Notes: a model not told the origin generated them from the sequence alone. Positions 32,801 to 43,601 are shown, counted from the stretch's first letter. The stretch: 44,038 nucleotides of DNA from Nemertoderma westbladi (GCA_032718475.1 JAUCBJ010001487.1:1-44038); one strand, 5' to 3'. Translations and numbers: made by a program.

Positions 32801-35800
32801 TACACAAACGAGTTGTAACCTGCAGTATCTCAGTCCATCGTTTTTCAATAGTCTGGCATCGTTTTAATGCAAATCAGTTTGGCAATGAAGCAATAATATT
32901 GGAGACGTCTGGAGCATGGCGTGAAACGCACCAAAGCACCATGTTGAAACAACAATAAATAGATTGCAGTAAATAGTCATAACCCAAATGACACATAACA
33001 CGACCTTTATGAAACATTATTGTAAATATATACTGAATATAGCTGAATGAATATTCATTATGTGTTTTGTTCCCAGATACGAACATCTTTCTGCGCCCCC
33101 GGAGAATACCTTCTACACCAAGGGGATGCGTTAACGTCGCTCTACTTCCTATGTAATGGCTCATTAGAGATACTCAGGGAGGGCGTTGTGGTTGCTATTC
33201 TAGGTAAGTTATTATAAGCAGGGTGGGCGTTGTGGTCTATTCTAGGTAAGTTATTATAAGCAGGGTGGGCGTTGTGGTACATAGGTAAGTTATTATAAGC
33301 AGGGTGGGCGTTGTGGTAGCTATTCTAGGTAAGTTATTATAAGCAGGGTGGGCGTTGTGGTACATAGGTAAGTTATTATAAGCAGGGTGGGCGTTGTGGT
33401 TGCTATTCTAGGTAAGTTATTATAAGCAGGGTGGGCGTTGTGGTTGCTATTCTAGGTAAGTTATTATAAGCAGGGTGGGCGTTGTGGTTGCTATTCTAGG
33501 TAAGTTATTATAAGCAGGGTGGGCGTTGTGGTATCTAGGTAAGTTATTATAAGCAGGGTGGGCGTTGTGGTAGCTATTCTAGGTAAGTTATTATAAGCAG
33601 GGTGGGCGTTGTGGTTTCTATTCTAGGTAAGTTATTATAAGCAGGGTGGGCGTTGTGGTAGCTATTCTAGGTAAGTTATTATAAGCAGGGTGGGCGTTGT
33701 GGTAGCTATTCTAGGTAAGTTATTATAAGCAGGGTGGGCGTTGTGGTAGTCTAGGTAAGTTATTATAAGCAGGGTGGGCGTTGTGGTTGCTATTCTAGGT
33801 AAGTTATTATAAGCAGGGTGGGCGTTGTGGTAGCTATTCTAGGTAAGTTATTATAAGCAGGGTGGGCGTTGTGGTAGCTAGGTAAGTTATTATAAGCAGG
33901 GTGGGCGTTGTGGTAGCTATTCTAGGTAAGTTATTATAAGCAGGGTGGGCGTTGTGGTTTCTATTCTAGGTCAGTTATTATAAGCAGGGTGGGCGTTGTG
34001 GTAGCTAGGTAAGTTATTATAAGCAGGGTGGGCGTTGTGGTTGCTATTCTAGGTAAGTTATTATAAGCAGGGTGGGCGTTGTGGTTTCTATTCTAGGTCA
34101 GTTATTATAAGCAGGGTGGGCGTTGTGGTACATAGGTAAGTTATTATAAGCAGGGTGGGCGTTGTGGTATCTAGGTAAGTTATTATAAGCAGGGTGGGCG
34201 TTGTGGTAGCTATTCTAGGTAAGTTATTATAAGCAGGGTGGGCGTTGTGGTAGCTATTCTAGGTAAGTTATTATAAGCAGGGTGGGCGTTGTGGTTCTAT
34301 TCTAGGTAAGTTATTATAAGCAGGGTGGGCGTTGTGGTAGCTAGGTAAGTTATTATAAGCAGGGTGGGCGTTGTGGTTTCTATTCTAGGTCAGTTATTAT
34401 AAGCAGGGTGGGCGTTGTGGTAGCTAGGTAAGTTATTATAAGCAGGGTGGGCGTTGTGGTTGCTATTCTAGGTAAGTTATTATAAGCAGGGTGGGCGTTG
34501 TGGTACTAGGTAGTTATTATAAGCAGGGTGGGCGTTGTGGTTTCTATTCTAGGTCAGTTATTATAAGCAGGGTGGGCGTTGTGGTACATAGGTAAGTTAT
34601 TATAAGCAGGGTGGGCGTTGTGGTTGCTATTCTAGGTAAGTTATTATAAGCAGGGTGGGCGTTGTGGTTTCTATTCTAGGTCAGTTATTATAAGCAGGGT
34701 GGGCGTTGTGGTTGCTATTCTAGGTAAGTTATTATAAGCAGGGTGGGCGTTGTGGTTTCTATTCTAGGTCAGTTATTATAAGCAGGGTGGGCGTTGTGGT
34801 ACTATTCTAGGTAAGTTATTATAAGCAGGGTGGGCGTTGTGGTTGCTATTCTAGGTAAGTTATTATAAGCAGGGTGGGCGTTGTGGTTTCTATTCTAGGT
34901 CAGTTATTATAAGCAGGGTGGGCGTTGTGGTTTCTATTCTAGGTCAGTTATTATAAGCAGGGTGGGCGTTGTGGTTCTATTCTAGGTAAGTTATTATAAG
35001 CAGGGTGGGCGTTGTGGTTTCTATTCTAGGTCAGTTATTATAAGCAGGGTGGGCGTTGTGGTAGCTATTCTAGGTAAGTTATTATAAGCAGGGTGGGCGT
35101 TGTGGTTGCTATTCTAGGTCAGTTATTATAAGCAGGGTGGGCGTTGTGGTACATAGGTAAGTTATTATAAGCAGGGTGGGCGTTGTGGTTTCTATTCTAG
35201 GTCAGTTATTTATCACGCCAATTTAGGAAGAAATACATCGGTGTACACAGAAATACCCATCCAGGTTTCTAATAGTTACGCAATTTAACTGTACAGAACC
35301 TTAACTACAGACCGTGCTGTTAGGCCTATCTTGCTTGTTATTGTTTATGTTTGTTACCTAGGTAATATCAGCTGGTGGTGGGATTATGTTTTACAATACT
35401 TATTTATCCAATACCATTCATTGTATAATTAATTGAACAGGAAATAATTATATGCAATTAATATATAGAATTCATAATTCAACTGTAACTCAGTGTTTTT
35501 TCTGACAAATAAAGTCTTATTAAGCAGATAGAAAACTACACTGACTCGGTATCGGACCCATGGGCTAGGTGTCGGACGGGCTAGGTGTCGGACAGGCTAG
35601 GTGTCGGACGGGCTAGGTGTCGGACGGGCTAGGTGTCAGACCTATGGGCCAGATATCGGACCCTTGGGCTAGGTGTCGGACTCATGGGCTAGGTGTCGGA
35701 CCCATGGGCTAGGTGTCGGGCGGGCTATGTGTCGGACGGCTAGGTGTCGGACGGGCTAGGAGACGGACCTATGGGCTAGGTGTCGGACCCTTGGCTAGGT

Positions 35801-38800
35801 GTCGGTCCCATGGGCTAGGTATCGGACCCATGGGCTAGGTGTCGGACCCATGGGCTAGGTGTCGGTCCCATGGGCTAGGTGTCGGACCCATAGGTGCCGA
35901 CGAACGTAGAAACAAACAAAGAAACAAGCAAAATGCAAACACACAAACAAGCAAAATGCAAACACAAAAACAAGCAAAATCCAAACACACAAACAAGCAG
36001 ACAAGCAAAATGCAAACACACAAACAAGCAAAATGCAAACACACAAACAATGAAGAACTAAGTTAGTTTCACGATAATAATAGGAACATAAATAACTACA
36101 GTTGTAGAGGTCCAATCATAATAATACTTATTATCTTAAAATAGTTTAATTTCAATGATTAATTTATGATATCTTTAGGGAAGGGCGATTTATTTGGTTG
36201 TGAGTTTGACTACGGGGACACGTCACTGATACGAACTAATGGTGACGTCAGAGCTCTCACCTACTGCGACTTGCAGCTGATCTGCATTCAAGGAATGTTG
36301 GTACTGATGACACTGTATCCCGATTTCCATCAACGGTTTGTTGAGCAGCTAAAGAACGAACTCACTTACAGTCTCAGGGAAACAGAAGATCTTCACGATG
36401 TTAGTAATAATGTAGCTTCAGTCCTAGCTTAGTTTTACATGGAAATAAAAATAAACTGTTCAATAAAGATAGCAAAAAAATGTTGAAGAATGCCACGCCA
36501 CAGAACTCTAACATTCAGCTGTGACGCAAATCTCCTCGGTCAGAAAGTCCCTACCATTGTTATAGAGAATATTGCCACATATTTCAAGTACTTTACACAA
36601 ACCATTGATAAGCCAACGTTGGGCAAAGTCAGCCTACTATCTATTAAGTATTTACCGCCAGGCCAGTAAAGTAAAGTAGAATCTCTTTCTATGTATAACA
36701 ATCTGTGCCTTTGGTTTCAACTCTCGCTTTAATCGACAAACTCTCCGTATATTATGTAAATTATCGTTAAAATTCTTATTCCTTTCAGCATCCAAAGAAA
36801 AGGAGAAAGTCAACAGATGACGAATTATCTAAAAACGGCGGCTTTAATATATTACCGGCAATAAGTGAAGACGAAGAGGAAGAATGCGATCACCATAGCA
36901 ACAGGTAAAAACTCTCTCATTGCAGGCACTTGGTTTCTCACACTATTAGCTCATAACGGGCCGTTATATTGTCGTTTGTTTTCTCACCATATACGGCGTC
37001 CTGTTTTATCCGTAGGTCTAGGACCGGTGCCGGCGACGAGTGTCCGTCTATGGTTCAACCTCCTCGTCTACTGACTGGCAACGGTCCCCAGTCCCAGATC
37101 CGCTGTGTCCCTTCTGTAGCGGACCCCTTACAGGCCGAAGACGGTGGGGGACCTCGGCTTCCGACGCCAGTGAACTCGGATAATATCAGTTGGTTGTCTC
37201 ATACAGTCGGGTTGCGCCGATACTCCGAAGATTCAACCGGTTCCGCACTCTCCTCTCGCTGTAAACCCTCCATGGAAGACCGTCTACGTCACAGCTACAC
37301 CGTACCCAATTCTCTTTCTTCAGGTTCGTTGGTATAAATTAAAAATTATATTTTAATTTCACCCGCATAAAACACCGACAATGACGTATCAACGGCTTAG
37401 AAAGGACATTCTACATAGTAAGGTTCGAGGGCAGTAACTGGAGCTTTAAGGGGGGGTGGGGGGGGGGGGGGGGGGGCGGGTTCGCACCGCCATATTTTGG
37501 AAATTGACAAAAATATTTTTTTATCCTATCATGTGCCGAATTTAATGGTGATTTCAAATCTGCAAGCAGTTTTCTCATATCTTTTCTCAAACTCAAGTTA
37601 TTACCCAAAACGTAAGAGCTAGTCTGATTTTTGACAAGCCTTCGAGCAGCACTATATTTTACAATTGTACTGGGCCCTTTTCATAAAAAAGGCTCTCACG
37701 GTACAGATATGTATAAAATTGCTATAACGTTGTTTTACTAGTTATCGGTTTAGCAAGCATGAAAAATTTCGTTGAATTTCATTCATTTTTGACAAAGTTA
37801 TTGGAACATAGAAAAGTGGTATTATCTAAAATAGCGGGAAGGTTTGAATTGTTCCTTAAACTTTAAATTAAACACACATATCTCAGAATTTATTATTGGT
37901 GTTATGGGTGAATGAGTGGTTTCATATTCAGTCAGATTCCTCAGACTTCCAACCCGGAGGTCACCAGTTCGATCCCACCTGGGCGTCATTGCCGACTTTG
38001 CAAAAGCTGTGCCCAACAAAAGTTATAATATCTCAGAATGACGCTTTTTCATGAAAGAGGCTATTTCTCCGCAAATTTTAACTGAAATGAGTTGAAATTT
38101 GGTACACTTGTTAAGAATACCCTTCTCCATACCTCTTCTGAACAAATTTGGTTGGAAATGCCCTGGAGCCCTTTTATATCAAAAAGGCCAAAAAAAGGCC
38201 CTTTTGTGGGGCCTTTATGTTCTAAAAAGGCTCCAGAGCATTTGAGGCAAAATTTGTTCAGAAAAATTGTATGCAGGGTTCCTCTGAACTTATATTCCAA
38301 ATTTCGACAAATTTCAACAAATATTGGTAGAGAAATAGCCCTTGGCACAAAAAGGCACTTTTGGAAATTACGGAGCCATTTTGGGGCCAATTTTAAAAAT
38401 ATTTGGTTTGGTTATTCTTACACAGTCCAGACTATGTTTAGTAGCACAAAAAATATTTTCACACAATTTTAGGGTCCAGAGACACAAAAATGTGAGGTTC
38501 AGTTTGGGGGTTCTACTCTACACCCCCCCCCCCCCCCTCCCCCCCTTAGTAATCAGTTTCATTTTGGCATATGACACTTAAAGTTCTTGTTCTCAGCTTA
38601 TATAGACGCCAGGAGCGGAATTATTTACTTTTTTTTCCCACTTATATATCGTAAGTAAGTTGTTGGCTGTAGTTGGAGTTGGATTGAGTGAATCGGTTGA
38701 AGGGGTTCATTGGGAAACTGATGGGAACTAGACGGGGATGAGTCATATTTATATTCACACATCGAAATCCCTTCTAATAAAACCGAATAAAGTTACAAAC

Positions 38801-40809
38801 CTTCTCTTGACATTAAATTTTCCTTATAAACAACCCGTACTGCCCACTGACTAACAATAGAAATTTAATTAACAACATAATTAATGTAACACAAGGTCGT
38901 TCGTTACATTGTATATTATGCGTTTACTTAGGTACCGCAGGCATCATCAATACACTATAATTTCATCATTACTTTCATTATTCCACTAACAATGTTTGTG
39001 CAATATAAAGCCACATTAATATCCTTGGCTTGGTGTTGATTTGCGAATAGATTGTTTGGCTAAAAATTAACTAAATAATTGAGTATGGAGTACTGTAGTG
39101 ATTATGGCAATGATGTGTCCGCGTCTGAACTGGTGAATGGTGAATGACTGTCATCTGCTACGCAAGAGTTACAGTCACTATTTAAAGTGACTCCAGTTGA
39201 TCAAATAATTATTATATCCAACCAGAGTACAAGTTGCGTCGGTTCATTAATACATGCAAAATTATTTTTTCCTAAAGCGGGAAGTCTTCGATCTCAAAGT
39301 CACGATCTTTCCTTGGGATATGCGTTGAGACGAGAAGTTATGGAGACACGTAACAGCGTAGAAAGACTCGACCAGCAAATGTCTTCACTGAGCAAGGATG
39401 TTGCTATGGTCACTAGTGAACTCAGGTTAGCACATGGCCAGAGCGCGGTGGCCCATAATACAAAACAATGTTTTGCGTTTAGTAAAAAAAAAAAAGAGGA
39501 AAAACGATCAAACTTTGTATTGTTAACCTACGGTTTTCGATTCCATCAAACAATTGCATCTACTTCTTCCACATCATATCTTATAAAATAATGTGGAACA
39601 CCATTACAGTACATACGACATACCCAGTCCTGGTATTAATAATAATAAATTAATTGTTGTGGGGTGAGTGACGGTGAATTAAGTTTTGTCCTATTACATT
39701 ATACTTAATTCACTCTCAGTCACCCACAACAATTCACTTATTATTAACTAACAGCCTGGGCCAGCCATACGGGGTTGCAGTGGTTTCTACAACACTGAAA
39801 TAGTTATTTTTTGAGGCATGGTTGCCATTTCTCGCAGCACGGAATATCGTTGTACTTTCCTTTGAGTGATTAGTTGGCCTAAATAGTTTGAAACCTTGGT
39901 ACCGGGCTCGAGCCCCAATAGGGTCAGTTGATATTTTTCGCTATGGAGAGCATTATCATAAATTGTCCTGGTATTGGAATATTGTATCATACTTTATTAT
40001 TACCCCCCACCCCCCTCCCCACTCTATTGTTGCACACGTCATCTTAAAGATAGCATGAGATTCGAGACAGAATGGTTTAGTATCCCTGTTGTAAGCTAGT
40101 TCTTCAGATTTTTGCTTCCATTTTCCCTTTTTAACAACAACTAACAGACACTTATACGTTTTATATTGGTCTCATTGCAGTTTTGCACATTTAAATTTCG
40201 TCCTAAATATTGTATGTTTGTAGGTTGTTAATGAAATTCTTGCACGACAGTAACATCGGAAGCGCAAGTAGTAATATATCAGAGACGAGATGCCCCAAGT
40301 CGGATAATAACAAGAGTAATAATGTTCCACAGTTAAAAACTCGCAGATCAACCAGTATGGATGTTTCTATATTGTGTTCGGCGGATTCCAGTAACCCAGA
40401 CCCTAAAGAAACACAAGTTAACAGATACCCGGATGACTATCGACTCAAAAAAAGTGAACCCCACGGTATTCGTTCTCAGGGTGGCTCACAGAAACTCGCA
40501 TGCTTCAGCAATACCCCTTTGACTCAATCGAGACTGAGAGACAGACTTGGTCACCACAGTGAACCAGATCACATAGAATGGTGGAATACACAATTTCCGA
40601 CTTCCTTAGACAGACAACACACAGCCCCCCACAAATGTCCTAAACTATATCAGCAACGCAATAGAAGTTACCCATCCCTCCACACCGAGGAGAAAATACC
40701 GCTAACTGACTTTTTTCCTTCTCAAGATATTGGAAGCGACTCTCCACATGATCCTCTAATTGAGTTCCATGAGGAATCGGCGCATTTCTTGGGGGAATTC
40801 AACGCATAG
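11698..40809 (+). CDS. KCNH8: Elk/Kv12 (KCNH8-like) voltage-gated potassium channel, 5'-partial; join(11698-11856,15900-16099,16479-16737,21477-21637,26665-26881,27302-27541,32042-32364,33077-33203,36179-36399,36789-36904,37016-37323,39278-39425,40224-40809)
   Basis: 13 exons with AG/GT boundaries and matching phases join into one frame of about 1020 codons ending in TAG. It contains PAC, S1-S6, an SVGFG filter, C-linker, CNBHD and a C-terminal coiled coil. S6 [14 protein letters not shown] and the RRRSRAVLY motif are Elk-type rather than Erg/Eag. The symbol denotes subfamily similarity, not proven 1:1 orthology. Confidence 0.93.
13829..14352 (+). repeat. G-rich minisatellite, 141-bp higher-order period built from ~27-bp subunits
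   Basis: gcacgtggcggga recurs every 141 bp; dense GGG/GGGG/GGGGG runs. Confidence 0.92.
15291..15520. mobile_element. MITE-like element, copy A
   Basis: Ends gaactggacgcaa...ttgcgtccaattc. Its reverse complement occurs at 25721-26225. Confidence 0.7.
15900..16099 (+). CDS. KCNH8: Elk channel exon 2: post-PAS linker
   Basis: tttccag acceptor, phase 1 in; encodes [17 protein letters not shown]; donor AAT|gtaaga. Confidence 0.88.
16479..16737 (+). CDS. KCNH8: Elk channel exon 3: S1 and most of S2
   Basis: atttag|AAT ATA...; [33 protein letters not shown]...[10 protein letters not shown]; donor G|gtaagt. Not in the ORF track. Confidence 0.93.
17151..18711. repeat. 17-bp minisatellite (gctgaatcgcgactRtt), about 90 copies
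   Basis: Direct reading; mainly two variants (A/G), degenerate at both ends. Confidence 0.97.
19511..21189 (-). pseudogene. 5'-truncated CRE-clade (RLE-type) non-LTR retrotransposon remnant, C-terminal end of the ORF, expanded by the 40-bp minisatellite
   Basis: Minus frame reads [71 protein letters not shown]. This resembles the CRE C-terminus pattern KY..L...F.P.A.ETLG.WG...F...LG.RL...TG-PR...FL.QRLSIAIQRGNAASILGT recalled from family knowledge. One in-frame stop. Confidence 0.78.
19571..20972. repeat. 40-bp GC-rich minisatellite (ggagagggcggggtccatggtacccaggatggaggccgtc), about 35 copies
   Basis: Direct reading; it explains the many overlapping repetitive ORFs in the track. Confidence 0.96.
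21477..21637 (+). CDS. KCNH8: Elk channel exon 4: end of S2, S3
   Basis: ttgtag|AT ATT ATG; [18 protein letters not shown]...[13 protein letters not shown]; donor TTT|gtgagt. Confidence 0.93.
22014..23929. mobile_element. Non-autonomous hAT-like element with 17-bp subterminal repeats
   Basis: Termini TAGGGTGTACCGGATA and TATCCGGCCACCCTA; ccggatatccgatccga repeats at the left end and related motifs at the right. No TSD preserved. Confidence 0.65.
24603..24996. mobile_element. PIF/Harbinger (Tourist-like) MITE
   Basis: TIRs GGCCCGTGCTCCACTG and CAGTGGAGCATGGGCG, flanked by TAA and TTA; an extra internal TIR copy near 24899. Confidence 0.62.
25340..25715. mobile_element. Palindromic MITE-like element
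   Basis: Inverted arms: aatctttatcatattgcttg/caagcaatatgataaagatt and cgttcgctggaggcca/tggcctccagcgaacg, bounded by poly-C and poly-G. Confidence 0.65.
25721..26225. mobile_element. MITE-like element, copy B (inverted relative to copy A), interrupted by a nested insertion
   Basis: Both halves match the reverse complement of 15291-15520. Confidence 0.72.
25821..26099. mobile_element. Nested 279-bp MITE with an 8-bp TSD
   Basis: TIRs GCCCATGTGAAGAATACCAG / CTGGTATTCTTCACATGGGC; TSD CGTTATTT at 25813-25820 and 26100-26107; absent from copy A. Confidence 0.85.
26665..26881 (+). CDS. KCNH8: Elk channel exon 5: S4 voltage sensor and S5
   Basis: tttttag|ACA ACT; [25 protein letters not shown]...AHWLACIWY; donor G|gtaagt. 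Confidence 0.94.
27302..27541 (+). CDS. KCNH8: Elk channel exon 6: turret, pore helix, selectivity filter, start of S6
   Basis: attttag|GT TGG; [30 protein letters not shown]; donor G|gtaagc. Confidence 0.95.
27791..31521. mobile_element. Foldback-type (Mutator-superfamily-like) non-autonomous transposon with long inverted arms of 53-bp tandem repeats
   Basis: Perfect 9-bp TSD GTTAAATTG (27782-27790, 31522-31530). Termini GGGTCAGAGTAAAACGCGGATCCGGATC and, reverse-complemented, GGGTAGGTGTAAAACGCGGATCCGGATC. Arms span about 27791-29630 and 30395-31521. Confidence 0.9.
31577..31982. mobile_element. Old hAT-like MITE
   Basis: Ends CAGGGGCGTAGCCAG and CTAGATACGCCCTTG; TSD not preserved. Confidence 0.5.
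32042..32364 (+). CDS. KCNH8: Elk channel exon 7: S6 and C-linker
   Basis: tttgtag|CC TTA ATG; [19 protein letters not shown]...[14 protein letters not shown]...CLRMLSLQ; donor CAG|gtaagt. Confidence 0.95.
33077..33203 (+). CDS. KCNH8: Elk channel exon 8: first half of the CNBHD
   Basis: ttcccag|ATA CGA; [42 protein letters not shown]; donor G|gtaagt. Not in the ORF track. Confidence 0.93.
33170..35210 (+). repeat. 44-bp minisatellite (38-44 bp variants), about 48 copies, derived from the exon 8/intron junction
   Basis: Unit ataagcagggtgggcgttgtggttgctattctaggtaagttatt; copy 1 is the last 34 nt of exon 8 plus 10 nt of intron. Confidence 0.96.
35547..35899. repeat. 15-20-bp tandem repeat (gggctaggtgtcggacccat), possibly a transposon subterminal array
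   Basis: Direct reading, about 20 variable units. Confidence 0.85.
35910..36050. repeat. A/C-rich short tandem repeat (aaacaagcaaaatgcaaacacac)
   Basis: Direct reading, about 5-6 imperfect units. Confidence 0.8.
36179..36399 (+). CDS. KCNH8: Elk channel exon 9: second half of the CNBHD with the intrinsic ligand
   Basis: ctttag|GG AAG; GKGDLFG...[11 protein letters not shown]...LTYSLRE; donor GAT|gttagt. Confidence 0.92.
36789..36904 (+). CDS. KCNH8: Elk channel exon 10: post-CNBHD
   Basis: cctttcag|CAT CCA; encodes [11 protein letters not shown], an acidic motif like that in Elk C-termini; donor AG|gtaaaa, phase 2. Confidence 0.8.
37016..37323 (+). CDS. KCNH8: Elk channel exon 11: low-complexity C-terminus
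   Basis: ttttatccgtag acceptor, phase 2 in, open GC-richer frame, donor G|gttcgt phase 1. Supported mainly by phase continuity. Confidence 0.7.
37450..38545. mobile_element. Probable non-autonomous DNA transposon (Kolobok-like ends)
   Basis: TTAA followed by poly-G on the left, poly-C followed by TTAG on the right; non-coding interior. Family assignment rests on the termini only. Confidence 0.45.
37890..38027 (+). mobile_element. tRNA-derived SINE-like insertion
   Basis: 12-bp direct repeat ATATCTCAGAAT on both sides (37878-37889, 38028-38039); B-box-like AGTTCGATCCC. Confidence 0.55.
39278..39425 (+). CDS. KCNH8: Elk channel exon 12: C-terminal tetramerising coiled coil
   Basis: ttttttcctaaag acceptor, phase 1; heptad-patterned [34 protein letters not shown]; donor AG|gttagc. 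Confidence 0.78.
39623..39760. repeat. 138-bp imperfect palindrome (hairpin MITE)
   Basis: aattgttgtggggtgagtgacggtgaattaagt pairs with acttaattcactctcagtcacccacaacaatt; CCCAG/CTGGG ends. Confidence 0.75.
40224..40809 (+). CDS. KCNH8: Elk channel terminal coding exon 13
   Basis: gtttgtag|G TTG TTA ATG, phase 2; continues the coiled coil (RLLMKFL) and stays open to TAG at 40809, followed by AT-rich UTR-like DNA. Confidence 0.8.
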
Positions 40810-41680
40810 ATATATTTCTCCACATTGCGATGTTTTTAGTGCCATGAAACAGTCCCGTGTCTTTGTGCAATTGTACACAGTTTGGTAAACTTTTTTCATT
40901 TTTCATGACTAATACTCTTGCGTCGGTAGTAGATTTATATTTTAATCGTAAATATTGTCGCATAATTTAATAGTGATATTTTAATTAAATATATACGAAA
41001 TTAATTGTATTTTTAGTATTTTAGTTCAATTTTATTCCAAATTATTTGTAAATGTAAAAGTGCAAGTAGAGCCTATATATAATAGTAATTTATCGTTCCA
41101 TATTCTTGTGTGGTCATTTTAATTCGAAAATATATAATTTCAAAATATTCACTTGTCGAAATATATTTATTTATACTCATATTAATAATTAATACTAGAA
41201 TTATATGATTAAAACAATCAAATTAATTTATAGAATAGTATAAAATATATGAAATCGAGGATTTAACAAGGTAAATTTTTTTCTTATCGAATTCCGATGA
41301 GTCGTATCACATGACGTCATTCTCGTTGGGTGGCATGTCCCGGAAGACCCGGAAGTCAGTATTTATTTCATTTAACATTTATTAACCTCAATTGGTGAGG
41401 ATGATTGGGCAACAAGCCAAAGCTCTATGTTAAGCCCGTTCATCCATAACGATAAACTGTATAAATTGCACCGGCACCAAATATATTTTAGAGGCTTATA
41501 GGCGTATACAAAAAGAATAGCATACAACTTAGCATACATATTAACTTATATTTTGAGCACCACAGGGTGGTCCTGGTCAAAAAAACCTGTACCCATGTAA
41601 AGTGCTATAAAAACTTTAATTTTAACGAAACACATCTAAATTTTGTAGTCGGACATTTGAATAGTTTTGAACACTAAGTA

Positions 41681-41916
41681 TCAGTCTATAAAGAGCATTT
41701 CACCAAATGTCCGTTTGTCTGTTTGTCCGTTTTAAGTTATCATAAGAACGGCTGGACCGATTTCCAAAATTTGTTGTACAGTATGAGTCACCATATGGGG
41801 CCACTAGTGATAAAAAAGGTTCATTGTTTATTCTCAGTTGCCATAGCAACGGGTTGCTATGACTCTGGGTTTAGACAAAACCTATACGAATAGCTGGTTT
41901 TCAACTGAAAACCAGC
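41681..41916 (+). mobile_element. Possible non-autonomous Helitron-like fragment
   Basis: A|TC start, gtccgtttgtctgtttgtccg microsatellite, aacggctggaccgattt motif and an 11-bp hairpin at 41893-41916. No clear CTRR end. Confidence 0.35.
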
Positions 41917-42303
41917 CAGATCCGAAGTAAAAAATAAATTGAGTGCTGCCGTGCACATTCTCAACATCATCAATACCGGTGGCCAGTATTGGTTGACAGA
42001 AGGAGATACGCAATGCGTATCCCATTGCGCCTCATAATAGCCTCTCGTCAACAAGTCAACCCCACCGACTAGCGGCACTGGCTGTTTCAGCTGACGGGGC
42101 TCTGTCGAAAAACGCGTCCCTGATGCAGTAAGGGCCCTCTTTTGAGGAGCAATATTATTATTGCCGCGGAACTGCTTCTACTCTAGGCCAGACCTAGCCA
42201 GAAGTAGAATCATCACCAACCAGCCAACCATCAACACGAATAGATGAATCCGACACTTGCCCAAACACCCCCCCCCCCCCCCCCCCCCCCCCCCGCCCCA
42301 ATG

Positions 42304-43601
42304 GGTATACAGACGTTTCGGCCTAGGACGTTTCGGTCCAGGACGTTTCGGCCCGGACATTTCGGCCCGGACGATTCGGCCCGGACGTTTCGGCCCATGA
42401 CTAACTGAATGAAAAGGCCAACTTGTTTGATATGATAATAATTATAATGATTATAATTATTTCACAATAACATACAAACACTTAATAAATATCTTGCATG
42501 AAATGGCTATTTAATTAACCTTTATTTAAAAATAAAATGAACATTAGGGAAGTGGAGCTCTGGTTCCATAGACAATTCGCCATCAATTATATTATGCGGC
42601 CGAAAAAATACAAGTCAGAACAAAACTTTTGGTCTCGAGTACCACATTTCTAATATACAGTACTACCAAATGAATCAATTTCACGAACCATTTAGGGCTT
42701 AAATCTAGTCTGATCGATATATTTTGGAGATACTTCATTAATTTTAAACATTACTCAATTGATAATTCTTCTACAGTAGCTGGACAGTGTATTGCAGCTA
42801 TGTCTTAATGATCTGTTGAAACAATAACTATCATCTTCGATGGTAGATGATTTATACCCATAGATAACGACGTATAATGCTTTTATTATTACATATTTTA
42901 TTTCACTTCTCATCCACTCTGGTGCTTCTAATACGCATACATTTTATCTAAATTTAAATTTAATACGCATATATTTCATCTAAATTTAAATTTAATACGC
43001 ATATATTTCATCTAAATTTAAATTTAATACGCATATATTTTATCTCATTCCATATGACATCCAGTCTGTCTCATAATTATTAGCAATGCTCCTTTAATGG
43101 AATATTTCTAATCTATTATATGTTTAAGACCAAAATTAAAATACAGTAATAATTTTAATTCGGTGTATTTAATGTACTTTATTTATTGACTCATATTTTA
43201 AAATACGTATGTTTTTTTTATGGGGGAAACCCCATCATCATAATACTTAGTAATACTTAAGTAATACATAATACTAAGTTACTAAGTTAATGGTGTATAT
43301 TTATATTAATAAATAGTAATAGTAATAATATTACATTAGTTATTATTTATAAATATAATGTAGAACTTCGATCTTGACGACTTTCATACAGGTGTCGGAG
43401 CAGTTCCTACTGACAACTCCTCTTGTAACGAACGTTAAAAACTACAAAATAAATATATTGAATAACTTATTAATTAATAGCTTATTTAAGGGAGTAAAGT
43501 GAGTCTTTGGGCCAAAACGTCCGACAAGCAAATCTTGTATTTCATTCATTGGGCCGAAACGTCCTAGGCCAAAACGTCTTAGACCGAAACGTCTGTTACC
43601 C
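42304..43601. mobile_element. Non-autonomous Mutator-like element with 15-bp subterminal repeats
   Basis: TSD GCCCCAATG (42295-42303, 43602-43610; 8-10 bp readings are possible); inverted ends ACAGACGTTTCGG / CCGAAACGTCTGT; ggacgtttcggccc repeats; internal 32-bp tandem repeat at about 42930-43040. Confidence 0.85.
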
